From contig JASTWF010000369.1 of NCBI GenBank assembly GCA_030390025.1, forward strand, positions 62,001-126,000: DNA of 64,000 nt. Reading direction: 5' to 3'. Made by a program: the position numbers and the translations under genes. How positions within the stretch are numbered: position 1 is the stretch's first letter; each line of letters opens with the position of its first letter. The DNA is from Squalus acanthias. Lineage: Eukaryota. Of this stretch, positions 62,310-64,000 are shown one piece after another. Under the pieces are notes generated by a model, which saw only the letters and a program-made list of their open reading frames with translations, was not told the origin of the DNA and did no database searches.

Positions 62310-64000
62310 ATGGCAAACACAATAGGGGAGGTAGTCACTATGCATGTGGTGGGGAAGTTGCCCCTTCGAGAGGGGAGGGTAATCGTCATCATAGACGGTG
62401 ATGATCTGGTATCTGAGGCTGAACAGTGGACACAAGGATCCACGTTTCGGCTGGGGTCAATGAAATCTGTTTTGTTGTTGGCCGATCAGAGGCAGTTAAG
62501 AACGGCGAATGTACAAAAGATTCAGTTACGAAAGGAAATAGAAGATTCGACAGAAAAAGCCACTGACCAAGAAGTGGTGTTAAACAGACTCCTGAAGGAG
62601 TTGGAGGAAGAGAGGGAAAGGAGGAAAAGGGAATTAGAGGCAGTAAAGAAAAGTAAATGAAAGCTCGAGGAAAAGTTTGAGAAGGAGAAGGAAAGGTGGT
62701 GTAATAAAGAACAGTATCCTTGAGAGCCACTGTATAAACAATCAGAATCAGTGGGACGTGTGGTTATGGAAGGAAGCAGATCAGAGGCAGCGGGCAGAGC
62801 AGGCTGAAAGGGCCATTGAGGACCTAAAAGACGCTTTTTACAGTTGTTCAGAAGCAGGTTTTTGAAGATCGAGGGAGCTCGAGGGGATCACACTGAGTCT
62901 AAAAGGAAGATTAAGGGGTTGGAGGATAAATTACGGGTCCAGAGGGGCAAAGTGTGTGCCGTGACCCCTTTGTCAGGAGATGAAGAACCAGAAACCAGAA
63001 AGGGAGAGTGAATGTGATGAAGGTAAAGTGGAGATAGAGCAGAGGCCAAGTTATGATCCACCGAAAGGAGTTCGGCCCCCACTTGTGACCCCGATGCGCC
63101 AAAAACGGTACCAGGCGCCGGCCACGGATGAGGAGGAGGGAGATTTAGGCTTGCTCGATCGCGAGTTTGTGATTCCGTTTATTACGGAGGATTGAAGGAA
63201 AATGTCCAGTGACGGGGAGGGGATCCACAATGGTAGTATTTAGAAGTGGAAAAGAGGGCTGGTTTGAACAACTAGGATGAGAAGGATAAAAAGCGTCTAC
63301 TGCTGTTCACTTTAAGCCCCTGTGTTTATTAAGGCCTCCCACTAGCAAGCAAAAGAGCGGGGGGCGACTATGACGTGTTGAAGGTGAGAATTGCCCAGGT
63401 GATGGGCCAGAGAAAAGGGAATCATTTTAAAGCTTTAGAAGAGGTAGAGCAGCGTCCAAATGAGACCCCGGCAGCATTTGCCAACAGACTGTGGCCCACA
63501 TATCAATTACAATTGGAGGGGCACTAGGACCCTGAGGTCACCTAACAGAAGCAGCCCACAACCACTGGCTGCGAGCCTTGTCTTCTCACAGTCTGCCGTA
63601 CTTACAAGCTGCTGTGTCAGATTTTGATCCAGAAGATGGGGGAAATACAAAAGCTCGAGTTGTGAGGAAAATGACCCTGCACTTCGAGGCAGGTCAGACG
63701 GATAAAAGGTATACCGGGGCAATGAATATTCCAAAGGGCAAGGTTTGCGAAGTTAAAGGGGGACCCCTCGGAGATGGCAGCAGGAAACGACTGCACCAGA
63801 GAGGGGAGGGGGTCCGTACAATGTCTGTTATAAATGTGATTCAACGGGACATGTTATGCGTTATTGTAAGAAAGCTAAGAAGAGCCGCAACCTGGCGCCC
63901 CCAATTATGAGGAGTTGGTCAAACTGGTTGCTAAGACTATAAGGGAGCTTGATACTCCACAAGGGGAGGGCCGCAGGGAGAACCGAGCATGACGGGGCCG
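62310..64000 (+). pseudogene. gag of the LTR element (disrupted; continues beyond the window)
   Basis: ATG at 62310; long coiled-coil N-terminus; capsid-like VEQRPNETPAAFANRLW; zinc knuckle CYKCDSTGHVMRYC at 63826-63867. Confidence 0.85.

Overview
Vertebrate genomic DNA, most likely from a cartilaginous fish (shark-type V-SINE/HE1-like SINE, CR1 LINEs, Penelope-like elements, GPR139-like receptors). Host genes: two intact tandem two-exon class A GPCR paralogues of 324 aa each (GPR139/GPR142-like; 1351-8053 and 35325-37660) and a decayed PRY-SPRY/B30.2 exon (44747-45287). Most of the rest is nested mobile DNA. (i) Two complementary halves of one LTR-element family: env + 3' LTR at 12.2-16.6 kb, and 5' LTR + tRNA-Lys3 PBS + gag at 61.5-64 kb. 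Its env looks like a paramyxovirus/baculovirus F-type fusion protein rather than a classical retroviral SU/TM, i.e. lokiretrovirus-like. (ii) Two Penelope-like families carrying minimal hammerhead ribozymes, repeatedly inserted as fold-back structures with clear target-site duplications (TSDs). (iii) A duplicated Harbinger transposon and GGCCC-ended MITEs. (iv) Many CR1/L2-type LINEs, one of them full length. All family assignments come from reading motifs by eye; no database search was run, and boundaries of decayed repeats are approximate.
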